Made by a program: the position numbers and the translations under genes. 32,000 nt of DNA from Delftia acidovorans NBRC 14950. Its GTDB lineage: Bacteria; Pseudomonadota; Gammaproteobacteria; Burkholderiales; Burkholderiaceae_C. Location: contig NZ_BCZP01000029.1 in assembly GCF_001598795.1 (NCBI RefSeq), forward strand, positions 32,317-64,316. Reading direction: 5' to 3'. A model generated the notes under the pieces. That model was not told where the DNA came from, made no database searches, and saw only the letters and a list, made by a program, of their open reading frames with translations. The stretch's first letter is position 1. Each line of letters begins with the position of its first letter. Shown here piece after piece: positions 31,921 to 32,000 of this stretch.

Positions 31921-32000
31921 TTCTGAGGCCGGGTCTCGGCCCGGCAGCCGACTGCCCTTTCTTGATTCGCCAAGAAAGGTCAGATCAAAGAAGGCGACCC

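Noticed and set aside
1-32000. Search for mobile elements, prophage, defence islands or toxin-antitoxin pairs
   Set aside because: No transposase, integrase, recombinase, terminal inverted repeats, tRNA attachment sites or clear compositional islands were seen. The only AT-rich segment (14.2-14.8 kb) lacks coding potential.

Overview
This is a high-GC chromosomal core region, roughly two-thirds G+C by eye. It looks betaproteobacterial (Burkholderiales/Comamonadaceae-like), an inference from protein sequences only. I support about 30 protein-coding genes. I see no rRNA or tRNA genes, no CRISPR array, and no transposase, integrase or phage genes.

Gene order, left to right:
- cls (partial, minus strand), a small MoaF-like protein, an MFS transporter, ddh, a truC-like pseudouridine synthase and a DHH/DHHA1 phosphoesterase.
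- An M20 amidohydrolase, a membrane PAS-GGDEF-EAL protein and ylqF/rbgA.
- A tiny membrane-peptide plus Cys-motif (Oxidored-like) gene pair, then gshA and an SDR oxidoreductase.
- A 634-bp, unusually AT-rich non-coding island (14167-14800).
- A 2Fe-2S ferredoxin, followed by a long co-directional block: ribBA(X)-ribH-nusB-aminotransferase-ybgC-tolQ-tolR-tolA, ending in a clean terminator.
- rtcB-prfH, a divergent tauE/lysR pair, trhP (yegQ), an orphan ParB-like gene, a MocR-type regulator and a TonB-dependent receptor.

Most long ORFs in the six-frame track that lie opposite these genes are high-GC artefacts.

Observations most worth a second look:
1. The 14.2-14.8 kb island carries about ten DnaA-box-like 9-mers, two of them as 12-bp-phased tandem pairs. 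It also has two IHF-consensus sites, a duplicated ~50-bp module and a ~75% A/T stretch. This makes it an oriC-like or datA/DARS-like candidate.
2. The same box pair and an identical 14-mer recur at ~1.0 kb.
3. The rtcB-prfH ribosome rescue/repair pair sits where tolB-pal would be expected. It is preceded by a 13-codon mini-ORF with the strongest Shine-Dalgarno (SD) sequence in that spacer.
4. A near-perfect 26-bp palindrome lies just upstream of the orphan ParB-like gene.
5. Twin TCAGG-N5-CCTGA dyads lie in the tauE/lysR divergent promoter.

All coordinates were derived by hand from the sequence. Start codons are the least certain part.
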